A stretch of 64,000 nt of DNA from Candidatus Galligastranaerophilus intestinavium (lineage in GTDB: Bacteria > Cyanobacteriota > Vampirovibrionia > Gastranaerophilales > Gastranaerophilaceae): the NCBI GenBank assembly GCA_018716625.1, contig DVJQ01000042.1, forward strand, positions 61 to 64,060. The letters are read 5' to 3'. The position numbers were made by a program, and so were the translations under genes. Below are positions 35,256 to 45,531 of the stretch, piece by piece (within the stretch, counting starts at the first letter, position 1; each line of letters begins with the position of its first letter). The notes under the pieces are model-generated. The model saw nothing but the letters and a program-made list of their open reading frames with translations. It did not search any database and had not been told where the DNA came from.

Positions 35256-36383
35256 ATGATACAACCGCAGTATTTTCAACAAGCATATCCTCAGACGCCT
35301 TCAGCAGTAAGTATTAATATTTACGAACCCAAGAGTTATGCTTCTGCGCCAAATCAAATACCCTACGGTTACACAAACGAACTTTATTCAATGCCCCAAA
35401 ATTCGCTCTGGGCAGCTCAACCGCAAGGCTATGCACAATCTCCTGTTTATTACCCCCAGCAAGGACAAGTGCAGTATCAACCCGCACAAGTAATAAATCA
35501 ACAACCTCCGATATATTTTCCACAACAAGGACAAGCACCATATCAACCCCAACAGGTTTTAACTCCTGCTCCGGCAGCTCAAGTTCAAACAGAGCCCGTT
35601 GCACAACAGGAAATGCCCCAAAGTGCCATTGAGGAACAAACCCAAGCTGAAGCCGCTAAACCGGCACAAGAAACTCAAATGCCTGCAGTAGAAAAACCTG
35701 ACGAAGCCATGAAAATTGACACCAATGCATTGGTTGCAGACTTAAAAAGCACAGACCCAAAAGCGCAATATGAAGCAATAACTTCAATTGCTAACTTTAC
35801 CGTTGCATCTCCCGATTTAGCTTTACAGGTTGCAACAGACCCTATTAAACAAGCTTTGGCTGATGTTATTAAGTCAGATACAAGCAAACTTCCCGACTTA
35901 GCAACAGAAAAAGCTAATATCGAAGCAAAAAAACAAAAAGGTGAAAAACTCACACCGGAAGAAGAAGCTACTTTGGCTAAAAACTCACCAAAATTAGAAG
36001 CGGAAAGAAACAAGGCATTTGCTATGTTCTCACTTGCAATGGTACAAAAAGTATCAAGAGATAATGTGGAACAATACGCAAAATCACAAGCAGAACAAGG
36101 AAAAGAAGCCCCGGTGCAATTAGGACTAAATCAGTTAATAGGCTACAACGAAATTGTAAATGCAATTAAAAACGAATCAAACAGCGAATTAAGAACAGCA
36201 GCTATCCAAGCGCTTCAATATATGGCAAGGCCTGAAGAAAGTGCAGAAGTAGAAGGAATTTTAACTCCTATAACAAACGATGCAGATTCTACGGTAAGCA
36301 GCTTTGCTAAAGACGCAATTGCAAAACTAGGTCAACAAGATACAACAGAAGCAACTCAACAGGATGCATCTAAAGTAGCGTAA
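35256..36383 (+). CDS. hypothetical protein with a Q/P-rich N-terminus and HEAT-like repeats (paralog of 33897-34667)
   Basis: SD AAAGGAG is present. SAVSINIYEP and LKSTDPKAQYEAITSIANF support the paralogy. An intrinsic terminator follows. Confidence 0.6.
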   Translation: MIQPQYFQQAYPQTPSAVSINIYEPKSYASAPNQIPYGYTNELYSMPQNSLWAAQPQGYAQSPVYYPQQGQVQYQPAQVINQQPPIYFPQQGQAPYQPQQVLTPAPAAQVQTEPVAQQEMPQSAIEEQTQAEAAKPAQETQMPAVEKPDEAMKIDTNALVADLKSTDPKAQYEAITSIANFTVASPDLALQVATDPIKQALADVIKSDTSKLPDLATEKANIEAKKQKGEKLTPEEEATLAKNSPKLEAERNKAFAMFSLAMVQKVSRDNVEQYAKSQAEQGKEAPVQLGLNQLIGYNEIVNAIKNESNSELRTAAIQALQYMARPEESAEVEGILTPITNDADSTVSSFAKDAIAKLGQQDTTEATQQDASKVA

Positions 36384-36408
36384 ATGAATTCTTAAATTTA
36401 TCCTTAAA

Positions 36409-36446
36409 TAGTCCGTACTCAAAGTCTGGAGTACGGACTATTTATT
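36409..36446 (+). terminator. rho-independent terminator
   Basis: TAGTCCGTACTC - loop - GAGTACGGACTA (12-bp stem) followed by TTTATT. Confidence 0.8.
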
Positions 36447-36497
36447 AAAAATTATTAAATATTTGAATTAACAATTGCAGTATTGTTTAATTAGGAT

Positions 36498-36815
36498 ATG
36501 AGTAATGTGAAAAGATTTAACCAAAGCAACAATAATAAAAAAATTGCACAATTAAAAACATATCTTGGGTTTGAATATATAAAATTAAAAAAAGACGTAA
36601 ACGGCTTGGAGTTCAATGTTGAACATTTGCTCGAATATGCAAAAGAAATTCGCTACAACATTTGCGTAGCAAGAAAAGTTGAAGATAAAAGCTTTGTTTA
36701 TAACTATTTTGTAGAAGGTTCAAAATTAAATTTGTTTCTTGATGCTTATTTTAATGGTAAAATTGAAGGCGATATTATAGATATTGACAAGCTAAAGCCG
36801 GAAAACCTCGCATGA
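36498..36815 (+). CDS. hypothetical protein (105 aa)
   Basis: ORF whose stop overlaps the next start (ATGA). Confidence 0.45.
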   Translation: MSNVKRFNQSNNNKKIAQLKTYLGFEYIKLKKDVNGLEFNVEHLLEYAKEIRYNICVARKVEDKSFVYNYFVEGSKLNLFLDAYFNGKIEGDIIDIDKLKPENLA

Positions 36816-38590
36816 ATTCCAAAGATTTTTTAACAGAATACAGAAACATTTTGCACTCCTGTGAAAGACCATCCCGCTATATCGGAGATGAGTTTTTAAG
36901 TGCGAATAAAGATTTTAATAGTGCAGAGGGGACAATTGCTTTTGTTTTTCCGGATAAGTATGAAATTGGCATAAGTAATTTCGGGCATAAAATTTTATAC
37001 CACGTTGTAAATTCAAACCCAAAATATATGGCAGATAGAGCTTATGCGCCGGATAAAGATTTTTTAGAGCTTTTGAATAAAAATAACAAACCTCTATACG
37101 CTATGGAGTCAAAAGAGCCTCTTAATAAATTTGATTTTTTAGGCTTTGCGCTTCAGTATGAAATGGCATACACAACACTTTTAAAACTTCTTGAAAGTTC
37201 AAAAATAGAAGTTTTATCAAAAAATCGCGATGAACACTCACCAATTATTATGGCAGGAGGGCCATGTGCCTACAACCCTAAAGTGTTGGATGAATTTGTT
37301 GATTTATTTATAATTGGGGATGGGGAAGAAGTTATAATTGAGATTTTGGATTTGTATACCAAAATAAAAAATCTCCCAAGAGCAGAGATTTTAAAACAAT
37401 TAAGCAATATTGAGGGTGTGTATTGCCCTTTATTTCCCAAAAAAACAAAAAAAAGGATTTTTATTCCCGACAAAAAATCTCACCCGACAACCTCGCCAAT
37501 CTCCCATTTTGTAAGTGTACATGACAGGGCAACAGTTGAAATCAGGCGCGGGTGTGGCAGATTATGCAGGTTTTGCCAAAGTGCACATACAAATTTACCC
37601 ATAAGAGAAAGAAAATCTGAAGATATAGTTTCCCTTGCTTGTGATTATGTTAAAAACACAGGCTACGACGAGTATTCGCTTTTATCTCTTTCTTCCAATG
37701 ACCACACACATATAGAAGAAATTATAGAAAAACTGAATATTCATTTTAAGGGCACAGGTGTAAATGTTTCTCTTCCAAGCCAAAGGGCAGATAAATTTTC
37801 GCTAAAACTGGCTGAGCTTATGCAGCAGGAAAAGAAAAGTACAATAACACTTGCACCTGAAGCAGGCAGCCAAAGAATGAGGGATATAATAAATAAAAAT
37901 CTCAGCGAAGAACAAATTTTAAATGCTGTTTTATCTTGCGTTAGGAGCGGTTGGGACAAAATAAAGTTTTATTTCATAATCGGTCTGCCTTTTGAGGAAG
38001 ACGAGGATGTGCTTGCAATTGCCGAGTTGATTAAAACTATTAATAACAGATGTCGCGAAGAAAAATTAAGAATTCCTCTTATCACTTGTTCAATTTCCGT
38101 TTTTGTACCAAAACCTCACACGCCGTTTGGCTGGCATGGCCAAAACAGTGTTGAAGAAATAGAGAGAAAAAAAGCTCTTTTACTTTCAAAAAAACCGCAA
38201 ATTAAAAATGCGCGTTTAAATTTTCACTGTGCTAAAGTCTCTCAGTTGGAGGCATATTTTACTCGTGCCGGAAAAAAGGCGGGTGAGTTAATTTTTGAAC
38301 TTTATAAAAACGGATCTTATTTGGACTCTTGGGAAGAAAATATAGATTTTGAACTGTATTACTCAATTGCCAAAAAACTTGGAATAGATATAGAAAAAGA
38401 GGCAACAACCACATATAACCCTTATGACAATTGTCCTTGGGAAATTATTGACACAGGTATAAATAAAAAATGGCTTATCAATGAATACGAGCAAGCGAAG
38501 GCAGCTAAAACCACAGTCCCGTGTGAAACAAAATGCTCAAATTGCGGAGTTTGCACAAATTTTAAGGTATCAAAAATACTTGATAAATAG
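36812..38590 (+). CDS. B12-binding-domain radical SAM protein (TIGR03960-like)
   Basis: An N-terminal B12-binding-like domain, RRGCGRLCRFCQS (CxxxCxxC) and a C-terminal Cys cluster CETKCSNCGVC. Confidence 0.75.
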   Translation: MNSKDFLTEYRNILHSCERPSRYIGDEFLSANKDFNSAEGTIAFVFPDKYEIGISNFGHKILYHVVNSNPKYMADRAYAPDKDFLELLNKNNKPLYAMESKEPLNKFDFLGFALQYEMAYTTLLKLLESSKIEVLSKNRDEHSPIIMAGGPCAYNPKVLDEFVDLFIIGDGEEVIIEILDLYTKIKNLPRAEILKQLSNIEGVYCPLFPKKTKKRIFIPDKKSHPTTSPISHFVSVHDRATVEIRRGCGRLCRFCQSAHTNLPIRERKSEDIVSLACDYVKNTGYDEYSLLSLSSNDHTHIEEIIEKLNIHFKGTGVNVSLPSQRADKFSLKLAELMQQEKKSTITLAPEAGSQRMRDIINKNLSEEQILNAVLSCVRSGWDKIKFYFIIGLPFEEDEDVLAIAELIKTINNRCREEKLRIPLITCSISVFVPKPHTPFGWHGQNSVEEIERKKALLLSKKPQIKNARLNFHCAKVSQLEAYFTRAGKKAGELIFELYKNGSYLDSWEENIDFELYYSIAKKLGIDIEKEATTTYNPYDNCPWEIIDTGINKKWLINEYEQAKAAKTTVPCETKCSNCGVCTNFKVSKILDK

Positions 38591-38950
38591 CTATTTTGTA
38601 AGTTTTTGCACACATGATAAAAAATTCATTATATCAATTGGCTTTGTAATGTAATCCTCGCAACCAAGTGCTTTTGCATTTTGCTTGTCTTTATCCATTG
38701 CAAAAGCTGATACAACAAGTATTTTTGGTCTGTTGATATTTTCTTCTTTAATTTTTTTCAATAACGACAAGCCATCAAGCTTTGGAAGTTGAATATCAAG
38801 CACAACAAGGTCAAATTGCATTGATTTTATTTTCTCGTACGCCTCAAGCCCATCTGTTGCTTTTTCGACAGAGTAATTTTTGTATTCCAAAACATCACAA
38901 AAAAGCTTCATATTTGCTGCATTATCTTCGACAATTAATATTTTTTTCAT
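38591..38950 (-). CDS. stand-alone receiver (CheY-like) response regulator
   Basis: ILIVEDN...DLVVLDIQLPKLDG...KP, at 119 aa with no output domain. Confidence 0.85.
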   Translation of the reverse strand: MKKILIVEDNAANMKLFCDVLEYKNYSVEKATDGLEAYEKIKSMQFDLVVLDIQLPKLDGLSLLKKIKEENINRPKILVVSAFAMDKDKQNAKALGCEDYITKPIDIMNFLSCVQKLTK

Positions 38951-40158
38951 ACAAGAGCACCTTTTAACCTTACTTTAAATGTAGAACCTTTATTTACTGT
39001 GCTCTCAAGGGTGATTTTGCCTTTGTGAAGTTTTACCAACTCTTTTGTAATTGTAAGCCCTAAACCTGTTGAACTCTGACCCTTTGTGTATAAATTGTTC
39101 AAATGCACAAATTTAGTAAAAATTTTGTTATGATATTTCTTATCTATTCCCACACCTGTATCTTTTACTTCAAGAATAAAATCTTTATCATCTTCATATA
39201 TTTTTATAGTTATATTCCCACCCTCGGGTGTGAATTTTATAGCATTGCTCAAAAGATTAAACAAAATCTGCTGTAATTTTTGGTAATCTGCCATAATATT
39301 TTTTACACTTTGATTTATAAAGTCAACCTTTATTGCTTTTTGCTCAGATAAAGGTGACAATATATTTATAGCTTCTTGTATAACTATAGCAGGCGATAAC
39401 TCGCTCAACGATATTTTCATTGCTTTGGATTCAATCTTAGAAAGATCAAGAATTTCATTTATCATACCGAGCAGATGAAGTCCTGAAATGTGTATATCCT
39501 TTACATACTCTTCCTGTTTTTTATTTAACTCACCAAATATTTTATAACTTAACGCCTGAGAAAACCCTATAATAGCATTAAGCGGGGTTCTTAGCTCGTG
39601 AGATATATTTGCCAAAAATGCGGTTTTTGTCTTGTCAAGCTCAATGAGTTTTTTGTGTTGTTTCTCAATTGTTTCGTAGGCAATGTTTTTTTCTTCAATA
39701 GCGTCTTGAAGTGCTTTTAGTTGCATTTTAAAAACGTCGTTAAGCTCATAATCCTTTATAAGATATGCAACAACACTAACAAGAGCTTCAAATGATTTAA
39801 TCTCGTCTTGCGTATAATTATCATCCCTTATGGCAACAACAAAACCAAAAAGTGAATTTCTTATAAGCAGTTTTGTACAAATCACAAACCCGTTATTTTT
39901 GTATACATGTGTAGTTTCATCTTGATTTTGAATATAATGAAAAATCTCGTCATCGAGAGTATGATTTTTGTTATCTTTGGTAAAAAAACCTTTTAACTCA
40001 AAATCATCGGAGCTTACGAAGTAAATTCCATAATAATCTGCACTAAACACCGAGGAGATTTTAAATAAAATCTCCTTATAAAAATCCACATTAGATATAT
40101 TATTTGAATTAATAAGCTCTGTAATAAGATTAAAAGCATCAATTATTCGTTTGTTCAT
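38947..40158 (-). CDS. sensor histidine kinase (cytoplasmic, GAF-like N-terminus)
   Basis: H-box FLANISHELRTPLNAI, N-box LLSNAIKFT, and G-boxes DTGVGI and GLGLTI. Confidence 0.85.
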   Translation of the reverse strand: MNKRIIDAFNLITELINSNNISNVDFYKEILFKISSVFSADYYGIYFVSSDDFELKGFFTKDNKNHTLDDEIFHYIQNQDETTHVYKNNGFVICTKLLIRNSLFGFVVAIRDDNYTQDEIKSFEALVSVVAYLIKDYELNDVFKMQLKALQDAIEEKNIAYETIEKQHKKLIELDKTKTAFLANISHELRTPLNAIIGFSQALSYKIFGELNKKQEEYVKDIHISGLHLLGMINEILDLSKIESKAMKISLSELSPAIVIQEAINILSPLSEQKAIKVDFINQSVKNIMADYQKLQQILFNLLSNAIKFTPEGGNITIKIYEDDKDFILEVKDTGVGIDKKYHNKIFTKFVHLNNLYTKGQSSTGLGLTITKELVKLHKGKITLESTVNKGSTFKVRLKGALV

Positions 40159-40200
40159 TGAACAATTATAAAACTTTTTAAAGATTAATGCAATGCAAGA

Positions 40201-40707
40201 CTACGGCATATTAAGTCTATACCCACCCTTTGTTGCATTTTGCAAAATATCCTCATTAATTTTTGCTCTTAAATTTTTAATATATTTATACACATAATCC
40301 GTAGGCAATTCAAGAACTTTTGCAAGGTCTTTTGCATAAACTATTTCGTTTTTGTTTTGTATAAAATGCTCCAGAACAGCCTTCTCTCTTGGTGTAAGAG
40401 ATTTTTTAAATGTAAAATTTAAAGTTGAAAAAAGGTCTTTCGGCTTATCTTCTTTTTTCATTGCATCATTTTGCATATCAACCGATTTCGATGCAATTTT
40501 TAAAATATTATCTTTTGGTTTTGCAGTCTTAATTTCAGAAACAGAAGCTGCAATTTTTTCGTTCTTCAAAACAATATCAACTATATCACGTGTTTGTTTT
40601 TCTTCTTTTAAAGTTTTGCCAAGGCGTTTTGCAAATTCCTCTAAAGTTATTTTTTCAAGAGAACTTCTCCATTGTTTTATTTCTTCTTTGCTTAAATATT
40701 CACTCAT
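40201..40707 (-). CDS. OmpR/PhoB-type winged-helix DNA-binding protein lacking a receiver domain
   Basis: The C-terminal LTPREKAVLEHFIQNKNEIVYAKDLAKVL...YVYKYIKNLRAKI...GGYRL is trans_reg_C-like. Confidence 0.55.
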   Translation of the reverse strand: MSEYLSKEEIKQWRSSLEKITLEEFAKRLGKTLKEEKQTRDIVDIVLKNEKIAASVSEIKTAKPKDNILKIASKSVDMQNDAMKKEDKPKDLFSTLNFTFKKSLTPREKAVLEHFIQNKNEIVYAKDLAKVLELPTDYVYKYIKNLRAKINEDILQNATKGGYRLNMP

Positions 40708-40842
40708 TAACTGTTCCTCTTTATGTGCGAATTATTCCGTTCTTTTTAGTTATAGCACACATCAGTTTAAAAAATCCGCAAATATTTCATAAAGTAAATT
40801 TTTTTTTATTTATTTAAAAAATGTCAAAAAAGCCTTGACAAC

Positions 40843-40874
40843 ACAAAAAATAAGCCTTGCAAAAAGCAAGGCTT
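40843..40874 (-). terminator. rho-independent terminator after fba
   Basis: Minus strand: AAGCCTTGC TTTTT GCAAGGCTT followed by ATTTTTTGTGT. Confidence 0.7.
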
Positions 40875-40895
40875 AAAAATTATTGAAATTTATTA

Positions 40896-41855
40896 CTAGT
40901 CGTCAGCGTGACCTGCTGTGCCTAATACGTCTTTCATTTTGTGAATTACCATTTCTTTAACAGCAGTTCTGCCGGGTCCCATATATTCTCTCGGGTCAAA
41001 TTTTTCAGGGTGTTCAACAAAGAATTCACGAATTGTTGATGTCATTGCAAGCCTTAAATCTGTATCAATGTTGATTTTTGCAACACCATGTTTTGAAGCG
41101 TAAGCAAGCATATCTTCAGGAACACCTTGTGCATCGGGCAACTTACCGCCAAACTTATTACATTTATCAACAAAAGCCTTAGGAACGGATGAAGAACCAT
41201 GTAAAACAAGAGGGAAATCATAACCGACAACTTCATTAACAGCTTTTTTGATTTCAGCAAGTCTGTCAAAGTCGAGTTTAGCTTCACCTTTAAATTTGTA
41301 AGCACCGTGAGATGTACCTATTGCAACAGCAAGAGAATCACAGCCTGTTTCTTTAACAAATCTTGCTGCTTCTTGCGGGTCTGTATATGTTGAATCTTTA
41401 GCGTGTACTTTAACATCATCTTCAACACCTGCAAGTTTACCTAATTCAGCTTCTACTGAAACACCTCTTGCATGTGCATATTCAACAACTTGTTTTGTAA
41501 GTGCAATGTTTTCTTCAAGCGGAAATCTTGAACCGTCTATCATTACAGATGAAAAACCACCATCGATACAAGACTTACAAATGTCAAAATCAGCACCATG
41601 GTCTAAGTGAAGTGCAATCGGAACCGTAGTTGTTGCAAGTGCAGCTTCAACAAGTTTGATTAAGTATGTTTGATTTGCGTATTTTCTTGCACCAGCAGAA
41701 ACCTGCAAAATAATCGGGGAACGAGTTTCTTCAGCAGCCTCTGCAATACCTTGCAAAATTTCCATGTTGTTAACATTGTAAGCACCAATTGCATACTTGC
41801 CTGCAAGAGCCTTTTTGAACATTTCGCCTGTTCCAACGAGTTTTCTTTCTGTCAT
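40896..41855 (-). CDS. fba: class II fructose-1,6-bisphosphate aldolase
   Basis: AYNVNNMEILQGI..., LHLDHG, AIGTSHGAYKF, LVLHGSSSVP. Confidence 0.9.
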   Translation of the reverse strand: MTERKLVGTGEMFKKALAGKYAIGAYNVNNMEILQGIAEAAEETRSPIILQVSAGARKYANQTYLIKLVEAALATTTVPIALHLDHGADFDICKSCIDGGFSSVMIDGSRFPLEENIALTKQVVEYAHARGVSVEAELGKLAGVEDDVKVHAKDSTYTDPQEAARFVKETGCDSLAVAIGTSHGAYKFKGEAKLDFDRLAEIKKAVNEVVGYDFPLVLHGSSSVPKAFVDKCNKFGGKLPDAQGVPEDMLAYASKHGVAKINIDTDLRLAMTSTIREFFVEHPEKFDPREYMGPGRTAVKEMVIHKMKDVLGTAGHADD

Positions 41856-42013
41856 AAAATAATCCTCATTTGTGTACCGTATACGCCACTAATATATTAC
41901 AAAATCAAAACGATTACAAGAGTTTACAAAATATTTGAATTGGGTTTATTTATATTTACACATGTGTAAAAAAACTGTATAATTTTAATGTACAGTTTAA
42001 TTGGAGTGCTACA

Positions 42014-42448
42014 ATGGAAAATTTAAAAATTGCAATCGGTTGTGACCATGGCGGTTTCCACTTGAAGGAAAAAATCCTGGAGTATCTTGGTGTACACAAT
42101 ATTGAGTACAAAGATTTTGGCATTTATACTCTTGAACAAAGCGATTACCCGATTGTTGCAAAACAGGTTGCACAAGAAGTTGCAGCAGGCAATTTTGACA
42201 GAGGTATATTGGTTTGCGGTACAGGAATTGGCATGTCAATTACTGCAAACAAAGTAAAAGGTATTCGTGCAGTATGTCTTGAAAATACTTATTCAGCAAG
42301 AGTTTCTCGCGCACATAACAATGCAAATATACTCTGCCTCGGCGAAAGAGTCATCGGTCAAAATTTAGCACTTGATATAGTTGATGTATGGCTAAAGACA
42401 GGCTTTGAAGGCGGCAGACATAAACGCAGAGTTGATATGATTGAATAA
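42014..42448 (+). CDS. rpiB: ribose-5-phosphate isomerase B
   Basis: KIAIGCDHGGFHLKE...GILVCGTGIGMSITANK...RAHNNANILCLGERV. Confidence 0.9.
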   Translation: MENLKIAIGCDHGGFHLKEKILEYLGVHNIEYKDFGIYTLEQSDYPIVAKQVAQEVAAGNFDRGILVCGTGIGMSITANKVKGIRAVCLENTYSARVSRAHNNANILCLGERVIGQNLALDIVDVWLKTGFEGGRHKRRVDMIE

Positions 42449-42528
42449 CAACAAAATATTTGAAACTAAATATTTTTGCTGTAAGATAAAACTATAGAAT
42501 TAGTTAGTTATTTAGGAAGTTTATAACA

Positions 42529-44982
42529 ATGTTCGAAAGATTTACCGAAAAAGCAATTAGGGTAATCATGCTGGCACAAGAAGAAGCTAGACGTTTGGGG
42601 CACAATTTTGTAGGCACCGAACAAGTCCTCTTGGGTCTGATTGGTGAAGGTACGGGTATTGCTGCAAAAACACTTAAATCTATGGGTGTTACAATAAAAG
42701 ATGCGCGTGCGCAAGTTGAGAAAATAATTGGTCGCGGCAGCGGGTTTGTTGCAGTAGAAATTCCCTTTACCCCTCGTGCAAAAAAAGTCTTGGAATTGTC
42801 TTGGGATGAAGCAAGGCAGCTGGGACACAACTACATTGGTACAGAACACCTTTTATTGGGACTTATTCGAGAAGGCGAAGGTGTAGCAGCAAAGGTTTTA
42901 GAAAACTTGGGCGTTGACCTGAATAAATGTCGCAGTAATGTTATAAAACTTCTCGGCGAAACAAAATCCGGATCATCAGGCTCTCAAGGTGCAACACCTG
43001 GGGCATCGCAAAGCAAGGCAAAAACTCCAAGTCTGGATGAATTTGGTACAGATTTGACACTTGCAGCACAAGAAATGCGTCTTGATCCTGTTGTCGGTCG
43101 CGAAAAAGAAATTGAGCGCGTAATTCAAATTCTTGCAAGACGCACCAAAAACAATCCCATATTAATCGGTGAACCCGGCGTAGGTAAAACCGCGATAGCT
43201 CAAGGTTTAGCGCAAAAAATTGTTGATTGTGAAGTACCTGATATCTTGGAAAATAAAAAAATTATCCAGCTTGATATGGGACTTTTGGTTGCTGGTACAA
43301 AATACAGAGGCGAGTTTGAAGAACGTCTTAAAAAGATAATGGATGAAATACGCCAAGCAGGCAATATTATTCTGGTAATAGATGAAATGCACACACTTAT
43401 CGGCGCAGGTGCCGCTGAAGGCGCAATTGATGCTGCAAATATTTTAAAACCCGCTCTATCACGAGGTGAAATTCAAGTCATAGGTGCAACAACGCTTGAT
43501 GAGTACAGAAAACATATTGAAAAAGACTCTGCTCTTGAGCGTCGTTTCCAGCCTGTAATCGTTGAACAACCTTCAGTTGAAGAAACAATAGAAATAATAA
43601 AAGGGCTTAAACCAAAATATGAAGAGCACCATAAGCTTCATATTTCCGATGAAGCGATTGTTGCAGCAACAGAACTTTCAAGCAAGTTCATAACCGAAAG
43701 GTTTTTGCCTGATAAAGCAATTGATATTATCGATGAGGCAAGCTCAAAAGTCAGACTCAATGTTTCGGCACTTCCGCCAGAGGGAAGAGAGCTTGAAAAA
43801 CAGCTGAAAGCTATTATTAAAGAAAAAGAAGACGCAATTCGAAACCAAGAGTTTGAAAAGGCTTCTGATTTGCGCGACGATGAGGCAAATCTTAAAGATA
43901 AAATAAGAGAAATACAAGACAAATGGCGCAATGAACAGGATGAAAACAAGCCGACCGTTGGGGTAGAAGAAGTTGCACAGGTAATTTCTACCATAACCGG
44001 TATTCCCGTTACAAAAATTACCGAAGGCGAATCACAAAGACTTTTAAAACTCGAAGAAACTCTGCATGCGCGTGTAATAGGTCAAAATGAAGCAGTTGTT
44101 TCTATTGCAAAAGCTATACGTCGTGCGCGTGTTGGCTTAAAGAGTCCGAACAGACCTATTGGAAGCTTTATTTTCTCAGGTCCTACGGGTGTAGGTAAAA
44201 CAGAACTTGCAAAGGCTCTTGCTGAAGCTGTTTTTGGCTCTGAAGACAACATGGTAAGAATTGATATGTCCGAGTTTATGGAAAAACATACGACAGCAAA
44301 GCTTATAGGTTCGCCTCCGGGGTATGTAGGATATGATGATGGCGGACATATGACTGAAATCATCAGGAAAAAACCGTACTCTGTTGTGCTTTTTGATGAA
44401 ATTGAAAAAGCGCATCCGGATGTATTTAACATCATGCTTCAAATACTTGACGATGGTCGCCTGACAGATTCAAAAGGTCGTCACGTAAGCTTTAAAAACA
44501 CAATTATCATTATGACATCCAACGTTGGTGCTCATATGATTCAAAATACATCCAAGCTTGGTTTTTCTGTGTCTAACGATGAAAAGAAAGACAAATACGA
44601 AAAACTCAAAGAAACTGTTATGGAAGAACTCAAAAAAGCTTTCAGACCTGAGTTTTTAAACAGAATTGACGATATTATCGTATTTGCTCACTTGAACAAA
44701 GAAGAAATCAGAGAAATCGTTGACTTGATGTTAAATGATTTGTTCAAGCGGTTGAATGAAAGACAGCTAAAAATTGAGGTAACAGACGCTGCAAAAGATT
44801 ATCTCGCAAAAGAAGGATACTCCGAAACCTACGGTGCGCGTCCGCTAAGGCGTGTTATACAAAAGAAAGTAGAGGACGTTTTGGCAGAGGAAATCTTGAC
44901 CGGCAATTATCAACCAAACGATGAGTTGATTATGGATATGCGAGATGACCAAATTGTTATCGAGAAAAAAGTTAAAGCTTAA
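42529..44982 (+). CDS. clpC: ATP-dependent Clp protease ATP-binding subunit ClpC
   Basis: Two Clp_N repeats ([32 protein letters not shown]), two AAA modules (GEPGVGKT and GPTGVGKT), and a UVR-like linker ([12 protein letters not shown]). Confidence 0.95.
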   Translation: MFERFTEKAIRVIMLAQEEARRLGHNFVGTEQVLLGLIGEGTGIAAKTLKSMGVTIKDARAQVEKIIGRGSGFVAVEIPFTPRAKKVLELSWDEARQLGHNYIGTEHLLLGLIREGEGVAAKVLENLGVDLNKCRSNVIKLLGETKSGSSGSQGATPGASQSKAKTPSLDEFGTDLTLAAQEMRLDPVVGREKEIERVIQILARRTKNNPILIGEPGVGKTAIAQGLAQKIVDCEVPDILENKKIIQLDMGLLVAGTKYRGEFEERLKKIMDEIRQAGNIILVIDEMHTLIGAGAAEGAIDAANILKPALSRGEIQVIGATTLDEYRKHIEKDSALERRFQPVIVEQPSVEETIEIIKGLKPKYEEHHKLHISDEAIVAATELSSKFITERFLPDKAIDIIDEASSKVRLNVSALPPEGRELEKQLKAIIKEKEDAIRNQEFEKASDLRDDEANLKDKIREIQDKWRNEQDENKPTVGVEEVAQVISTITGIPVTKITEGESQRLLKLEETLHARVIGQNEAVVSIAKAIRRARVGLKSPNRPIGSFIFSGPTGVGKTELAKALAEAVFGSEDNMVRIDMSEFMEKHTTAKLIGSPPGYVGYDDGGHMTEIIRKKPYSVVLFDEIEKAHPDVFNIMLQILDDGRLTDSKGRHVSFKNTIIIMTSNVGAHMIQNTSKLGFSVSNDEKKDKYEKLKETVMEELKKAFRPEFLNRIDDIIVFAHLNKEEIREIVDLMLNDLFKRLNERQLKIEVTDAAKDYLAKEGYSETYGARPLRRVIQKKVEDVLAEEILTGNYQPNDELIMDMRDDQIVIEKKVKA

Positions 44983-44986
44983 TATT

Positions 44987-45012
44987 TTGCCCGCATAAGC
45001 GGGCAATTTTTT
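44987..45012 (+). terminator. rho-independent terminator after clpC
   Basis: TTGCCCGC ATAA GCGGGCAA followed by TTTTTT. Confidence 0.8.
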
Positions 45013-45064
45013 ATTATAAATTTGCAAATCTTGCTTTATTATATATAATAGTATTATTCACTTT

Positions 45065-45151
45065 GGAGAGGTGTCCGAGTGGTTTAAGGTGCAAACCTGG
45101 AACGTTTGTGTGGGGGCAACTCCACCGGGGGTTCGAATCCCCCCCTCTCCG
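45065..45151 (+). tRNA. tRNA-Ser (anticodon GGA), class II
   Basis: GGAGAGG...CAAAC CTGGAAC GTTTG, long variable arm, GGGGG TTCGAAT CCCCC CCTCTCC G, followed by a T-run. Confidence 0.9.
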
Positions 45152-45223
45152 TTTTTTATGTTAGACAAAAGTGCAATGATATATTCTTCTTTATTATTTA
45201 CAATACAAATAAAGGAGAATTTT

Positions 45224-45529
45224 ATGTTTTATAATGTTTTAAAACTTGATGATGTTGTTAAATTAGGGGAAGAAAAATTTAAAAGGGTGCCGCTTCTGGA
45301 AAATGATAACAGCAATTTAAGTATAGTTGCCCTCAAAAAGGATGAAATTATCGACACTCACACATCTGTTTGTAACGCAGCTGTTTACGTTGTAGAGGGT
45401 GAAATTGAGCTGCATTTTAGTGCACAAAAGTTTTTATTGGATGAGGGCGATATTTTGATGTTTAAAAAGGACGATGAGCACAAAGTTTTAGCTCTTAAAG
45501 ACTCGAAATTCTTATTAATTAAAATCTAG
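45224..45529 (+). CDS. cupin-domain protein (101 aa)
   Basis: ATG 45224 follows SD AAAGGAG. VYVVEGEIELHF...GDILMF...EHKVLA is cupin-like. The track ORF from 45071 runs across tRNA-Ser and is an artefact. Confidence 0.65.
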   Translation: MFYNVLKLDDVVKLGEEKFKRVPLLENDNSNLSIVALKKDEIIDTHTSVCNAAVYVVEGEIELHFSAQKFLLDEGDILMFKKDDEHKVLALKDSKFLLIKI

Positions 45530-45531
45530 AG

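Noticed and set aside
35314-36013. The minus-strand ORFs 35314-35604 and 35675-36013
   Set aside because: They are antisense to the Q/P-rich HEAT-like gene, and the repetitive composition creates long open shadows.
42504-42849. Two minus-strand ORFs at the clpC 5' end, plus other antisense ORFs within clpC (42941-44442)
   Set aside because: ClpC on the + strand is unambiguous, so these are shadows.
45071-45223. The N-terminal extension of track ORF 45071-45529
   Set aside because: It runs straight through tRNA-Ser(GGA) and its T-run. The real cupin gene starts at ATG 45224, behind an AAAGGAG SD.
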